NCBI GenBank assembly: GCA_047284725.1
Contig: JBJBEO010000001.1
Span: 862,044-926,043 of the forward strand
DNA from: Synechococcus sp.
GTDB lineage: Bacteria > Cyanobacteriota > Cyanobacteriia > PCC-6307 > Cyanobiaceae
Length of the DNA: 64,000 nucleotides
Direction: 5' to 3'
Positions 10,189 through 19,936 of this stretch are shown here, one piece after another; position 1 is the first letter of the stretch; each line of letters starts with the position of its first letter. Under the pieces are notes generated by a model. That model did no database searches, was not told where the DNA came from, and worked only from the letters and a program-made list of their open reading frames with translations. A program made the translations under genes and the position numbers.

Positions 10189-10767
10189 TCAGCTGCACCA
10201 GGTCACGCCTTGCTCGCACACCCATCCATGGAAGGGTTGATCCCATGGCTCCCTCGGTAAGCCTTCATGGCTGATGCAGCTGGTGGGCAGGACCACCAGG
10301 GCCTGTCGCTGCCGCCACGACGCTTCGCCCCGCAGCCGGTCGTAGTAGCCCCCGCCATAGCCCAGTCGAATGCCGCTGTGATCCACCGCGAGGGCAGGAA
10401 CGAGCAGCAGCTGAAGCTGATGGGATTGCAGGGGGGGGCTTCCGATCGGCGCAGGAATGCCGCAGCCGTCACAGTCATCCAGTGGCCCTCCATCCCAGGG
10501 GCGATAGCTCATGCCCCCCTGGCCATCGCTGCAGGGCAGTGCCAATGACCATCCCCACAGATTCGGCAGGAGTGGCATCAGATCGGGCTCGCCCGGGAGT
10601 GGCCAGTAGAGCCCCAGGTGGCCGGCGTTCCGGGTGAAGCGTGGCTGGCTGTTGGATGGCAGCAGCAACTTCAGCACCGAAGCGCGGATCGCCTGGTCAT
10701 CCCGCTGCCTGCGGAGCCTGCGGAACTGCCTCCGCAGGCTCTGTTTGTCCTGATCGGCAGCGCTCAT
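10189..10767 (-). CDS. 5-formyltetrahydrofolate cyclo-ligase
   Basis: Family signature GYGGGYYDR near the C-terminus, with appropriate length and layout. Confidence 0.8.
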   Translation of the reverse strand: MSAADQDKQSLRRQFRRLRRQRDDQAIRASVLKLLLPSNSQPRFTRNAGHLGLYWPLPGEPDLMPLLPNLWGWSLALPCSDGQGGMSYRPWDGGPLDDCDGCGIPAPIGSPPLQSHQLQLLLVPALAVDHSGIRLGYGGGYYDRLRGEASWRQRQALVVLPTSCISHEGLPREPWDQPFHGWVCEQGVTWCS

Positions 10768-10935
10768 GGCAGCACGTCCCAGCGTCCCCTTGACGTCAGA
10801 GGGAGGACCAACGCGGTGGGGACGGGGTGACTGATGTGGGGGAAGGGGCGGTCGGCATCACGCTGATCCACAGGGGCGTGCACGGGTGGCCATTTCTCTT
10901 TGAAGAAGATTCTCCTGTCAAAGCGCATTGAGCCA

Positions 10936-11265
10936 CTACGCAGCGTCCAGGCCGTCCATTCCCCAGAGGACGTGACTGACTTGGTCAGCGTTGACCCAGC
11001 GGATCACGCCGTCATCGACATCGGCCACTTGAAACAGGCTGTTCATGGCCGGATCCCTGGCTCCGCCCTCGCACCAGACCACTTGGCCCATCCACCAGCC
11101 TGGATCATCCGTCTGTCCCATGGCCTTCAGGTTCTGAACCACGACGTAGTGACCAGGCCTGACACTCAAGAACGCTGGCGGTGGCTGCCCTTCGAGCGGA
11201 TGGCCCTGACCTGCGCTGCGATCAATCGACATTGATACACCTGTTCTGTCTTCCGTTCTAGGCAC
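10936..11265 (-). CDS. DUF3104-like protein
   Basis: Motifs VRPGHYVVV...PGWWMGQVVW...LFQVADVDDGVIRWVNADQV, as I remember them for this small cyanobacterial family. Confidence 0.7.
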   Translation of the reverse strand: MPRTEDRTGVSMSIDRSAGQGHPLEGQPPPAFLSVRPGHYVVVQNLKAMGQTDDPGWWMGQVVWCEGGARDPAMNSLFQVADVDDGVIRWVNADQVSHVLWGMDGLDAA

Positions 11266-11366
11266 GGTCTCCGTTTCAGGAATCAGCGAACCTGCTCACA
11301 CGTGTAAGGGGATGCGACTGTCCACAGAGCTTGTGACTCTCCCGTGACTTTCCACAGACCCGTTGG

Positions 11367-11852
11367 CTAGCGCCAGCGGCCATCGATGTGGCGGCACCCC
11401 TTCTCGGGAATCCAAAAGCCCTCCGCTGCCCGGATCAGCTCCAGCTTGTTGCGGTGGTGCCCGTAGTAGAGGCTGCTCCCCAGTCCGACGGTGAGGAGTT
11501 TGGTGTCGGCGTCGTTTGGAGCACGATCGCTGAAGCTTCTCAAAGGCACTCCGTTCTTGAAGACGATGACGGTGCCACCGCCTGGCTTGTCTTGCCCCGC
11601 GGTGGCTGCCGACCACCAGTTGCTGCCGTAGCCCTGATAGTTGCCCTCACGGAAGTGGATGATCCAGTTGCCGTTGAGATAGACGGCGCCTTGGTATCCA
11701 CCAATCCCATTGGTGGACGTGAACTGGATGCTGGCCTCTGGAATCACCTGACTGGTCCAGGTGCAGGAATAGGGGTAATGCTGCTGCGCGAAGGCCAGTG
11801 CTGGTGATAGAAGCAGGGCTCCGGCAACCAGAGGAGCAACTCCGTTGTTCAT
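11367..11852 (-). CDS. Hypothetical secreted protein
   Basis: I chose the internal ATG at 11852, which gives MNNGVAPLVAGALLLSPALAFA/QQ, a clean signal peptide. The mature part is Gly/Trp/Tyr-rich. Confidence 0.6.
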   Translation of the reverse strand: MNNGVAPLVAGALLLSPALAFAQQHYPYSCTWTSQVIPEASIQFTSTNGIGGYQGAVYLNGNWIIHFREGNYQGYGSNWWSAATAGQDKPGGGTVIVFKNGVPLRSFSDRAPNDADTKLLTVGLGSSLYYGHHRNKLELIRAAEGFWIPEKGCRHIDGRWR

Positions 11853-12344
11853 CTGAGCTTTGACTGCACCAGGGGTTTGTCTATCAGGCCCCGTCCGAAA
11901 GGTGCCTGCCACGAGGGGTGGCAAGTTCTGCAGGGGTTGGCCCCTGATAAGAGTTCGAGATGAGGGGACCTTATGGCTGAAGCCAGGTCAGAAAATCATG
12001 TGCTTTTGATGATTTTAAATTCGAGGAACAAGGCCTCTGCCTCTGCGTAATCCTTGCTTGAGCGCAGTTCAAACACTTGCTGTTTCCACCAGTCCCAGGT
12101 GTCGATCTGAATCAGCGCAGCCAACATTTTTTCGCCCATCGCAGGCCTTGACGACTGATTTGACGCTAGAGACAGAACCGTGGGCTGGAGGTGTTGTCCA
12201 CTACAGATCGTAATCGTGCGGGTGCAGAAAGCTTCGAGTGACGAGGAGGCCAGGGTTGGGACTGGCCGCAATCGGAATCTGTCGTGACCAAGCCGTAGGT
12301 TGTGGTTTCGTGGATTGGTTGTTGTGCTGGCCAACAAGCTGGAT

Positions 12345-12749
12345 TTGCAGTCCTGGAAAGTCAAGGGTCTCGTTGCGATTCTCTTTCTTGCTGCCTTGGT
12401 TCCTGTTGTCGGCAAAACACTTGTGGACAGCAGGTATCCCTCCTTGGAAAAAGCAGAGGAGGCGTGTATCGCTTGGCAGCAGTCTGGGAATGTCCATGAA
12501 TCGCTCACAGACCGAGAGGCGTGGGATCTCTACGGCCGCGAAGTCGGGCAAGGCAGCTGTGACTATGTCACTCCATCGCTGACGCGAAGATTCTTTGCGC
12601 AGATGAATGGGAAAGAGCTCGTTAAATCTCGTTATTGCCTTAATAACAAGGCGACAAACACAATCGAAGGAAGAAGAAATGAAGCCATGGAAGTCGGATT
12701 GAACGGGGATAACGGAACCTATCAAGCTGAACAAACGTTCAGGTATTGA
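12345..12749 (+). CDS. Hypothetical secreted protein in a low-GC islet
   Basis: A TTG at 12345 would give (M)QSWKVKGLVAILFLAALVPVVG, a signal peptide. The mature part contains conserved-looking Cys residues (EEACIAWQQSG...SC...YC). The start codon is uncertain. Confidence 0.4.
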   Translation: MQSWKVKGLVAILFLAALVPVVGKTLVDSRYPSLEKAEEACIAWQQSGNVHESLTDREAWDLYGREVGQGSCDYVTPSLTRRFFAQMNGKELVKSRYCLNNKATNTIEGRRNEAMEVGLNGDNGTYQAEQTFRY

Positions 12750-12854
12750 TCGCTATTGCCGACCGGGCACGATCAAACACAAGCTGTGGGGTGGCTGTCG
12801 TTGTGATCAAGGCGCTGAGCCTCAACAGCGTTGAGCCCTGGCGCGTCTTGGACT

Positions 12855-13049
12855 TCAGTTGAAGCTTGCGGTGAAGCGGTTCACCCGCAGGCTTCGATCT
12901 TTCTCTCTTTGGATCTCGCTCAGAATGAGGCTGAGGTAGCGATCGTCAGCACCGGTCTGCTGCTTGAGATCATTCAGGACATCATCGATCGCTCTCACCG
13001 CAGCCGGTATCTCATTCCTGAGGTGCTCCTTGGTCGGCTTGTAGGCCAC
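12855..13049 (-). CDS. Small hypothetical protein
   Basis: 64-codon ORF with helical-looking, non-repetitive composition. No family recognised. Confidence 0.4.
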   Translation of the reverse strand: MAYKPTKEHLRNEIPAAVRAIDDVLNDLKQQTGADDRYLSLILSEIQREKDRSLRVNRFTASFN

Positions 13050-13160
13050 GGGTTTGGAGCGAAAGAGTGATGAAGTTAACCAGCGTTTCCTTGCGCTGGC
13101 TTGATTGTGGGCGTTTGCAAAAGAACCAGACCGCCGGAGTGCGCATTGTCGTGTTGGCCT

Positions 13161-13643
13161 CTAGCGCTGAAACCAGCCCGTCAGCGCGACCGCCAAGGCA
13201 TCGGCGGCATCATCCGGCCGCGGAGGCTCGCTCAGGTTCAGCTCCCGCATCACTGACTCCAGCACCTCGTCTTTGTCGGCGTGGCCGTTGCCGGTGAGGG
13301 CCTGTTTGATCTGCATCGGCGGGAATTCAAGGATCGGCAAGCCAAATCGGGTGAGGGTCATGATCACCACACCCCTGGCCTGCACCACAGCGATGGTGTT
13401 GCTGGATCGATAGAAGAAGAACTTTTCGACTGCCGCCAGATCCGGCGTCCAGATCCGGATCAACTGCCGCAGATCCCTGGCAATCTCCACCATCCGCTCG
13501 CCTTCGCTGCGACCGGGATCAGTCCGGATGATGCCGCAATCCACCATGCGCTGGCCTTCAACGCCTCTACCCGCATCGGGGTCGACATCGATCACGCCGT
13601 AGCCGACACGGGCAAGGCCTGGATCGATGCCGAGAATGCGCAT
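13161..13643 (-). CDS. ruvC: Holliday junction resolvase RuvC
   Basis: MRILGIDPGLARVGYGVI N-terminus and RuvC-length ORF. Confidence 0.92.
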   Translation of the reverse strand: MRILGIDPGLARVGYGVIDVDPDAGRGVEGQRMVDCGIIRTDPGRSEGERMVEIARDLRQLIRIWTPDLAAVEKFFFYRSSNTIAVVQARGVVIMTLTRFGLPILEFPPMQIKQALTGNGHADKDEVLESVMRELNLSEPPRPDDAADALAVALTGWFQR

Positions 13644-13659
13644 GGAGTGGCGCTCTGCC

Positions 13660-14748
13660 TCAGGCGGCTAAAGCCAGCTCGAAGTCGGCCGTGTCGGTGC
13701 TTTCGCTGCGCTCGAACACCTTGCAGAACACCTTCACCACCCGGTCGCCGGAGTCGACCTGCTCCAGGGGGTCTTTGCGCAGACGGTGACGCAGGCAGCA
13801 ACAGGCCACCCGGGCCACATCGTCTTCACTGACCTCGGTGCGGCCCTCGAAGGCAGCCAGGGCACGGGCGGCACGGTTCGTGACGATGTCGCCACGGAGG
13901 CCATCCACATCCAGGTCTCCGCAGACGGCGGAGATGCGTAGACGCAGGTCATCGTCGATGCGCACCTGATCGAGGCGCTGCTGAGCGTCCACCACCCGTT
14001 GCTGCAAAGCTTGCTGTCCGGCATCAACGCTGGCGCTGAAGGCCTCGGGGTCGGAGTCGAAGGCTGTGCGTTGATCCACCACCTGCACGCGCAGTTCCGG
14101 CTCGCGGACGGTACGCACCTCCACGCTCATGCCGAAGCGGTCGAGCAACTGGGGACGCAGCTCGCCTTCCTCGGGGTTGCCGGAGCCGATCAGCACAAAC
14201 CGGGCGGGGTGACGCACCGACACGCCTTCCCGCTCCACGGTGTTCCAGCCGGAGGCGGCGGAATCGAGCAGCACGTCCACGAGGTGATCGTCGAGCAGGT
14301 TGACCTCGTCGACATAGAGCAGGCCGCGGTTGGCCTTCGCCAGCAGGCCGGGTTCGAAGGCCCGCACACCCTCACTAAGGGCTTTTTCGATATCGATCGT
14401 GCCGCACAGGCGATCTTCAGTGGCTCCCAGGGGCAGGTCGACCATCGGCACCTGGCGTTCCTCGGTCCCCAACGTTTCGCCATGTTCCATCCGTTCCCGA
14501 ACATCACTGCTCTGCAGATCAGGATCGGTGGGTGAGCTGTTGTAGGGGTCGCCGGCGACCACCTCGATGCCGGGCAGAAGATCAGCCAGAGCACGAATGG
14601 TGGTGGATTTGCCCGTGCCTCGGTCTCCCATGATCATCACGCCGCCGATCCGTGGATCGATCACGTTGAGCAGCAGGGCGAGCTTCATCTCCTCCTGACC
14701 GATCACGGCGGTGAAGGGGAAAACCCTGCGCTTACGGGGTGCACTCAC
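13660..14748 (-). CDS. chlI: Magnesium chelatase ATPase subunit I
   Basis: VFPFTAVIGQEEMKLALLLNVIDPRIGGVMIMGDRGTGKST (Walker A). GTG start overlaps the upstream stop (GTGA). Confidence 0.95.
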   Translation of the reverse strand: MSAPRKRRVFPFTAVIGQEEMKLALLLNVIDPRIGGVMIMGDRGTGKSTTIRALADLLPGIEVVAGDPYNSSPTDPDLQSSDVRERMEHGETLGTEERQVPMVDLPLGATEDRLCGTIDIEKALSEGVRAFEPGLLAKANRGLLYVDEVNLLDDHLVDVLLDSAASGWNTVEREGVSVRHPARFVLIGSGNPEEGELRPQLLDRFGMSVEVRTVREPELRVQVVDQRTAFDSDPEAFSASVDAGQQALQQRVVDAQQRLDQVRIDDDLRLRISAVCGDLDVDGLRGDIVTNRAARALAAFEGRTEVSEDDVARVACCCLRHRLRKDPLEQVDSGDRVVKVFCKVFERSESTDTADFELALAA

Positions 14749-16214
14749 GGGCTGACGCTCAATGATGGAATGGATTGTTTCACAGGCAGGATGGTCAGGA
14801 CCTGAGGCGGCGTGGCATCGGCGGGATAAATCAAGCGAACACGCACAGCCCGTCGCTCGCCGGGCCCGAGGCTGACACGACCGAGTTCCGTTCCCGCCAG
14901 CCCCTGACGCAGCACCACGTGCAGCAAGCGCCTTCCGCCTGCGCTGCCTGAACTGCTGTCCATTCCCCTGACTTCCACAGGCCCGCGGAACATCACGGAA
15001 CTGCGGGGAGGGTCTTGAAACTGCAGGCTGGTGGCTGTGCTCCCACTCTTGATGGGTGATTCCAGGCTGATCGCCACCGTGCGGGCTTCAGCGCTGGAAT
15101 TGAGCAGCGGCAGATGAAGGTCGTATTCCACCCCGTAGTTGCCATGGGCAGCCCAGGCGGTGCCTGGGCTGAACCGCTGCAATTCGGCGGTTTGCACCTG
15201 ACCGGTGCCGAGATCGCCCCGCTCGAGGCTGCTGATCGGCCAAGAGATGGGGTGGTTCGGCAGGGCCAGGGTTGAGCGTTCAGGGTCGGTGACGGTCGCG
15301 CTCCAGCGCGTTCCCACCTGGATACCGCTGACGCGGGAGTACACCATCTTTCCGCGGCTTCCCCGTGGGGTGGGCTTGTGTTCCTTCGGGCTGAGCTGTC
15401 CAGACTGCAGCAGCGATTGCCATCGGTTCAGGGGCGGCGGGTTTGATGGGTCTCCCTGCGCCGCGACTGTGGCGAGGTGCACTGCCCCAGAGCTGCGCAG
15501 TCGCAACTGCAGATTGCGCCCATTGAGCAGCGGATCAAGACCCGCCACAGGGATGGGCAGCACCAGCAGGGTGCTGGCGGCGCCAGGTTGCAGTGTCCAG
15601 CGACCGGGGAGTTCCTGGGCGCGATCACCCCGCAGAAGATCACCCGCGACGCGACTGCCGGGGCCGGAGGCGATCGCTGCGCTGGTCTCAGGCATCACGG
15701 CCGGCAGGGGCAGAAACGGGGCTGCTGTCTGCTTGGGCTCCGTCGCCTGTGACAGGGAGGTGCTGCCTCCCACCAGCTCCAGGGTCACGGGCGATGGACC
15801 CACCGGTTGCGCCATCACCGCCAGCCACAGGGTGGAGTCGAGTTGCTCGACGCTGCCGGCATAGACGTGATGACTGAATAGATCGAAGCGGCCATTGAGG
15901 GCCTGATTGAGCCCCGGGCTTTGGGGAAATGTGGACAGCAGGATCCCATCGCCGGTGATCAACTCGGGGTTGTTGTCGTTGACAACGAGCACCTGATCAA
16001 GGCCGCCAGGCAACGCTCGTACCTCCTGGGGTCGCTGGATCAGGCGTTTGGCAGGCGCTGTGGCGGCTGCTGAATTCGCCGCGTTGGCGCCCTGTTCAGC
16101 AGCAATCACGTTGAGGTCGAGGCCAAACCAGCTGAGGCTCAGGAGGCTGAGACTGAGTGGCAGCAAGGCCTGGCTGCGGGGTCTCGCGGTCATGGTGCTG
16201 CTGCCGTTCGCCAC
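14745..16214 (-). CDS. Conserved secreted hypothetical protein
   Basis: 489-aa ORF with a signal-like N-terminus (LLPLSLSLLSLSWFGLDLNVIAA), coupled to chlI by a 4-nt overlap. It may be the cyanobacterial DUF3370 type, which I cannot verify here. Confidence 0.7.
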   Translation of the reverse strand: MANGSSTMTARPRSQALLPLSLSLLSLSWFGLDLNVIAAEQGANAANSAAATAPAKRLIQRPQEVRALPGGLDQVLVVNDNNPELITGDGILLSTFPQSPGLNQALNGRFDLFSHHVYAGSVEQLDSTLWLAVMAQPVGPSPVTLELVGGSTSLSQATEPKQTAAPFLPLPAVMPETSAAIASGPGSRVAGDLLRGDRAQELPGRWTLQPGAASTLLVLPIPVAGLDPLLNGRNLQLRLRSSGAVHLATVAAQGDPSNPPPLNRWQSLLQSGQLSPKEHKPTPRGSRGKMVYSRVSGIQVGTRWSATVTDPERSTLALPNHPISWPISSLERGDLGTGQVQTAELQRFSPGTAWAAHGNYGVEYDLHLPLLNSSAEARTVAISLESPIKSGSTATSLQFQDPPRSSVMFRGPVEVRGMDSSSGSAGGRRLLHVVLRQGLAGTELGRVSLGPGERRAVRVRLIYPADATPPQVLTILPVKQSIPSLSVSP

Positions 16215-16231
16215 AGTTCTAGGGGGCCTGC

Positions 16232-17359
16232 TCAGTTCTGGCGGGGAGGTGCCGGTTTTGGCTTGAGCACGGGTGCCATGGCGGCGGCCATGGCGCGAAT
16301 CAGCTCCGTGGAGCGGGGATCATTGAACGGACCCTTCACGAGGAAAGCGGCGACGGCCCGGCTGCCGTCGGGGAGTTCGATCAAGCCGGCGTCGGCGTAG
16401 GCGATGCCGATATCACCGGTTTTGTTGAAAACGCGATACCCCTTCACCATCAGGCTCTCATCAGGTCGACCCTGTTCTCCCCCCAGGCCTTTGAGCAGTC
16501 CGCCGGGGAGAAGTCGGTTGGTCACCGAGGTGCCCATCACCTCGCGGAACAGGTCGCGGCTGCGGGTGCTGAGGGTTTGGCCTGTGTCGACCAGGGCGAT
16601 GGTGCGCGCCAGATCGCGGGCGCTGGTGGTGTTGGTCCCCTCCAGGTCAGGCAGCCAGTTGTTCACCGCCGTGGCGCTGAGGCCGAGGGCATTGAACCGT
16701 TCGTTGATCACCTCCTTGCCGCCGACACGCTCGATCAGCAGGTTCGTGGCGGTGTTGTCGCTGATGCGAATCATTTCGGTGGCCACTTCATGGGTGGGGA
16801 AGCGGCTCCCCACAGGCCGGGTGGCCATCCAGCCAGCGCCGCCGCCCACCACCGTCTTGGTCATGGTGAGGGGCTCGTTCCAGCGCAACCGTCCCTCATC
16901 CAGCAGCTCCAGAGTGGCCAGCAGAATCGGTGTTTTGATCGAACTCGCAGCCGGAAGCGCGGTGTCGGGGCCGAGTTGGGCGTAGCGACCATCGTCGAGG
17001 ACGAGCATGAAGGCGCTGACCTTGAGGTCCTTCTGCTGCGCAGCCAGCTGGGCCCAGCGCTTGCTCAGGGTGGTCATTTCCTGGCGCGTTTCGAAGCGGC
17101 CCAGGTCATTGCCCCAGGGCTGACTGGTCACCTTGCTGGCAAGGCTGGGTTCAGGGTTGTTCTTGGCTTGGTCGTCGTTGCTGGGCAGGCTCAACCACTC
17201 CGGCAGCTGCAGTTGGCCGGTTTCCACCTGCGGCGCCAGCATCTTGAGGGCGGATCCGGTGATCACGCCGAGGCCGATGCCCATCAGCATCAAGCGGAGC
17301 ATCAGGCGCAGGGGTTTGCCCCATCCAGGTTGGTTGCGCTTTGAACGGCCGGTGCTCAC
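16232..17359 (-). CDS. Class A beta-lactamase-related serine hydrolase
   Basis: S-x-x-K (SSIKTP), SDN (RISDNTA) and KTG (NKTGDIG) motifs appear in the canonical order. There is an N-terminal membrane anchor. Confidence 0.8.
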   Translation of the reverse strand: MSTGRSKRNQPGWGKPLRLMLRLMLMGIGLGVITGSALKMLAPQVETGQLQLPEWLSLPSNDDQAKNNPEPSLASKVTSQPWGNDLGRFETRQEMTTLSKRWAQLAAQQKDLKVSAFMLVLDDGRYAQLGPDTALPAASSIKTPILLATLELLDEGRLRWNEPLTMTKTVVGGGAGWMATRPVGSRFPTHEVATEMIRISDNTATNLLIERVGGKEVINERFNALGLSATAVNNWLPDLEGTNTTSARDLARTIALVDTGQTLSTRSRDLFREVMGTSVTNRLLPGGLLKGLGGEQGRPDESLMVKGYRVFNKTGDIGIAYADAGLIELPDGSRAVAAFLVKGPFNDPRSTELIRAMAAAMAPVLKPKPAPPRQN

Positions 17360-17386
17360 CAGGGTTTGCGGAAGTGTGGCCAGAGA

Positions 17387-18163
17387 TTAGGGGCGGTGTT
17401 GCCGAACCGCCCAACGCAGCTGACGCACCATCCCCCTGAGCAGAGCCACTTCGTCGGCGCGGATCAGTCCTCGCTGCAGAAGCCCGCGCACCTTGGCCAT
17501 GCGGGCCCTTGCGGTGTGATCCAGCAGGAAGCCCACCTCCAGCAGCAACTCCTGGGCGTCGATGAGACAGGCTTCGAGAACTTTTGGGCCGGCTGGCTCG
17601 CCGTCCGGCTCGGGACTGCCTTCAGGTCCGGTGGAGGCTGATGGCTGGATTTGTTCGGGGTTCAGGGCCGCTGCTCGAAGTCGTGCCACTTCATGCAGCA
17701 TCACGGCAACGGCATGGGAGAGATTGAGAGATGGATATTTGTCATCGCTGTGCAGGCAGATCACCCGCTGGCTGAGCAGCAATTCCTCGTTGGTGAGGCC
17801 GTGGTCTTCTCGTCCGAACACCAGGGCCTGGGGCTTCGCTGAGCGACCGCTGATCATCCACGGCAGCACCGCCTCGGGCGGGCCAAGGGGAATGCTGCCG
17901 TGGTCGAGCCGGCCGGCGGTGGTCACCACCCGGCTGCAGTCGCTCACGGCCTCCAGCAGCGTGGGATAAAGGCGAGCTGCGTCGAGCACCGGCCGTCCAT
18001 GCACGGCCATGCGTTGCGCTTCCGGGGCCTTGGGATCACAGCGCGGTGCCACCAGGCGCAGGTCATCGACCCCGAAGTTGGCGCAGAGTCGGGCGACACT
18101 CCCCACATTCAGCGGGCCTGCGGGCTCGACCAGCACCACGCAAAGAGGTGCCATTGCCATCAC
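17387..18163 (-). CDS. SpoU/TrmH-family RNA 2'-O-methyltransferase (TrmJ-like)
   Basis: N-terminus VVLVEPAGPLNVGSVARLCANFG and the SPOUT-type C-terminal half (LVFGREDHGLTNEEL...LNLSHAV). Confidence 0.85.
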   Translation of the reverse strand: MMAMAPLCVVLVEPAGPLNVGSVARLCANFGVDDLRLVAPRCDPKAPEAQRMAVHGRPVLDAARLYPTLLEAVSDCSRVVTTAGRLDHGSIPLGPPEAVLPWMISGRSAKPQALVFGREDHGLTNEELLLSQRVICLHSDDKYPSLNLSHAVAVMLHEVARLRAAALNPEQIQPSASTGPEGSPEPDGEPAGPKVLEACLIDAQELLLEVGFLLDHTARARMAKVRGLLQRGLIRADEVALLRGMVRQLRWAVRQHRP

Positions 18164-18582
18164 TCGTCAGCCGTGAACGACTCAAGGTGGGCGAGCAGAT
18201 CGGCCATCTCCTGAGGGACCACTTCAAAGCGAGGCATCGGCGGGGTTGCTCCACTCACCACCTGATGGATGATCTGTGGATCACTGAGCCGGTTACTCAC
18301 GCCCCGGAGGCTGGGGCCGACCAGTCCCTGGCCGGCGATGCCATGGCAGCCAGCGCAGTTGATTCGGAACAACAAGCCGCCGTGTTCGGCATCACCATCG
18401 AGGGAACGGGTGGCGATCACATAGGGATTGCGAGCGGAGCTGCCCATCACCCAGAGCATCAGCACCACACAGGCGAGGGCCGCCAAGGTGATCAAGCCAG
18501 CGATCAGTCCTCGCCGCCGTGGCTCCGTTGCTGCAGCAGTTGATGACGGAGCGGTCACGATTGCGTCGAAGCCATGGAACAA
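18160..18582 (-). CDS. Membrane-anchored c-type cytochrome (CytM-like)
   Basis: Haem-binding motif CAGCHG follows an N-terminal hydrophobic anchor, with a distal Met (PPMP). The start codon is uncertain (TTG at 18582 or GTG downstream). Confidence 0.8.
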
Positions 18583-18614
18583 TTGTGATCAAGTTTTCCA
18601 TTGGGCGCGACACC

Positions 18615-18728
18615 ATGATCGAACCCCTGCTCTGCGGCATCGTGCTGGGTCTGATCCCTGTCACCCTTTTGGGCCTGTTTGTGGCAGCTTGGAACCAATA
18701 CCGACGTGGCAGTGCTCTGGGGGGCTGA
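18615..18728 (+). CDS. petG: Cytochrome b6-f complex subunit 5 (PetG)
   Basis: The 37-aa product [37 protein letters not shown] is the canonical PetG sequence. ATG at 18615. Confidence 0.9.
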
Positions 18729-19290
18729 GAAACAGCACGCCACTGCTGCCATAGCGGCGTTGATCCAGATCCCGCCATCCTTCTGGGATGGCGGGTTTTT
18801 GTTTGTCGGCGTGCTCGCACAGCACGAGTGCATCAGGCCTTAGCCACTGGCCACTCACCAGGGCAGCAAGGCCGCGGCTGTAGAGGTTCGAGGCGTAGGG
18901 GGGGTCGAAATAGACCAGATCGAAGCCCGGATCGTCGTCAGGACGGCCATGCTCCAGCCATGGGACGAGATCCCGCTGGACTACTACGATCTGAGCTGGT
19001 TCAGGCTGGCCTGTTGCTGTTGCGTTCAGATTGCTACGGCAGATGGCAGCTGCGCCGCTCTGCCGTTCAACGGCCACAACCCGCAGGGCGCCGCGCTGAA
19101 GGGCTTCGCACCCCATCACGCCGCTACCGCTGCAGAGATCGAGCCAATGGGACCCTCGCAGACGCTGCCCCAGAATGTTCATTACAGCCTCGCGGACCCT
19201 GGCGGTGGTGGGCCTGGTGTCGTCCCCTTTGGGGCTGCGTAGTTTGCGCCCCCCCGTCAGTCGTAACTGCGCCTGGCCTGGTTTGCTCAC
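18661..19290 (-). CDS. rsmD: 16S rRNA (guanine966-N2)-methyltransferase RsmD
   Basis: [15 protein letters not shown], the SAM-binding [15 protein letters not shown], and the DPPY motif ([10 protein letters not shown]). Confidence 0.85.
18771..18800 (+). terminator. Rho-independent terminator downstream of petG
   Basis: 10-bp perfect stem CCCGCCATCC / GGATGGCGGG, 5-nt loop, then TTTTTGTTTG. It lies 43 nt after the petG stop and inside the antisense rsmD ORF. Confidence 0.65.
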
Positions 19291-19922
19291 CGAGGTAAAG
19301 GGGCACCGTTGTCGAGCCAGGCGAGCCAGCGTTGCAGCAGGCGTTGACCGGCTTCACCTGATTTCTCTGGGTGAAACTGGCATGCACCCAGCCTGCGGCT
19401 CCAGACGGCTGCTGTCGCTGGAGACTGGCCGAATGGGGCCGTGGCGGTGAGGACGGACGCGTCGGTGGGATGGGCGGCGTAGGAGTGCACGAAGTACATC
19501 CATTCCTGATCGTGCTCAGAGCTCAACAGGGGTGAAGGAGTACAGGGCTGCAGGCGGGCCCAGCCCATGTGAGGAATGCGCTCGCCTTGATCATCCGGCA
19601 GTTTCTCCACCCGGCCAGGCAGGAGACCAAGACCGGGGCTGCTGCCTTCTGCGCTGCTGTCGAACAACAACTGCAAGCCAAGACAAATGCCGAGCAGGGG
19701 CCTGTCGTCGGTATGCCAACGCTGCAGATCGGGGACAAGGCCGGTGGCCGTGAGACGGGCCATTGCAGGGTCAAAGGACCCAACGCCAGGCAGGATCAGG
19801 GCATCGCAATGATCGAGGTCGCTGGGGTGGTGGACTGCAAGAAGGTCCACGCCAAAACGACGAAAGGCAACCTGCACCGAGTGCAGATTGCCCATTCCGT
19901 AATCGATGAGACCGATCGTCAA
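19287..19922 (-). CDS. hisH: Imidazole glycerol phosphate synthase, glutamine amidotransferase subunit HisH
   Basis: IGLIDYGMGNLHSV, LPGVGSF, the nucleophile-Cys motif ICLGLQLL, and FVHSY. Confidence 0.92.
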   Translation of the reverse strand: MTIGLIDYGMGNLHSVQVAFRRFGVDLLAVHHPSDLDHCDALILPGVGSFDPAMARLTATGLVPDLQRWHTDDRPLLGICLGLQLLFDSSAEGSSPGLGLLPGRVEKLPDDQGERIPHMGWARLQPCTPSPLLSSEHDQEWMYFVHSYAAHPTDASVLTATAPFGQSPATAAVWSRRLGACQFHPEKSGEAGQRLLQRWLAWLDNGAPLPR

Positions 19923-19936
19923 GTTGACGACTGCAA

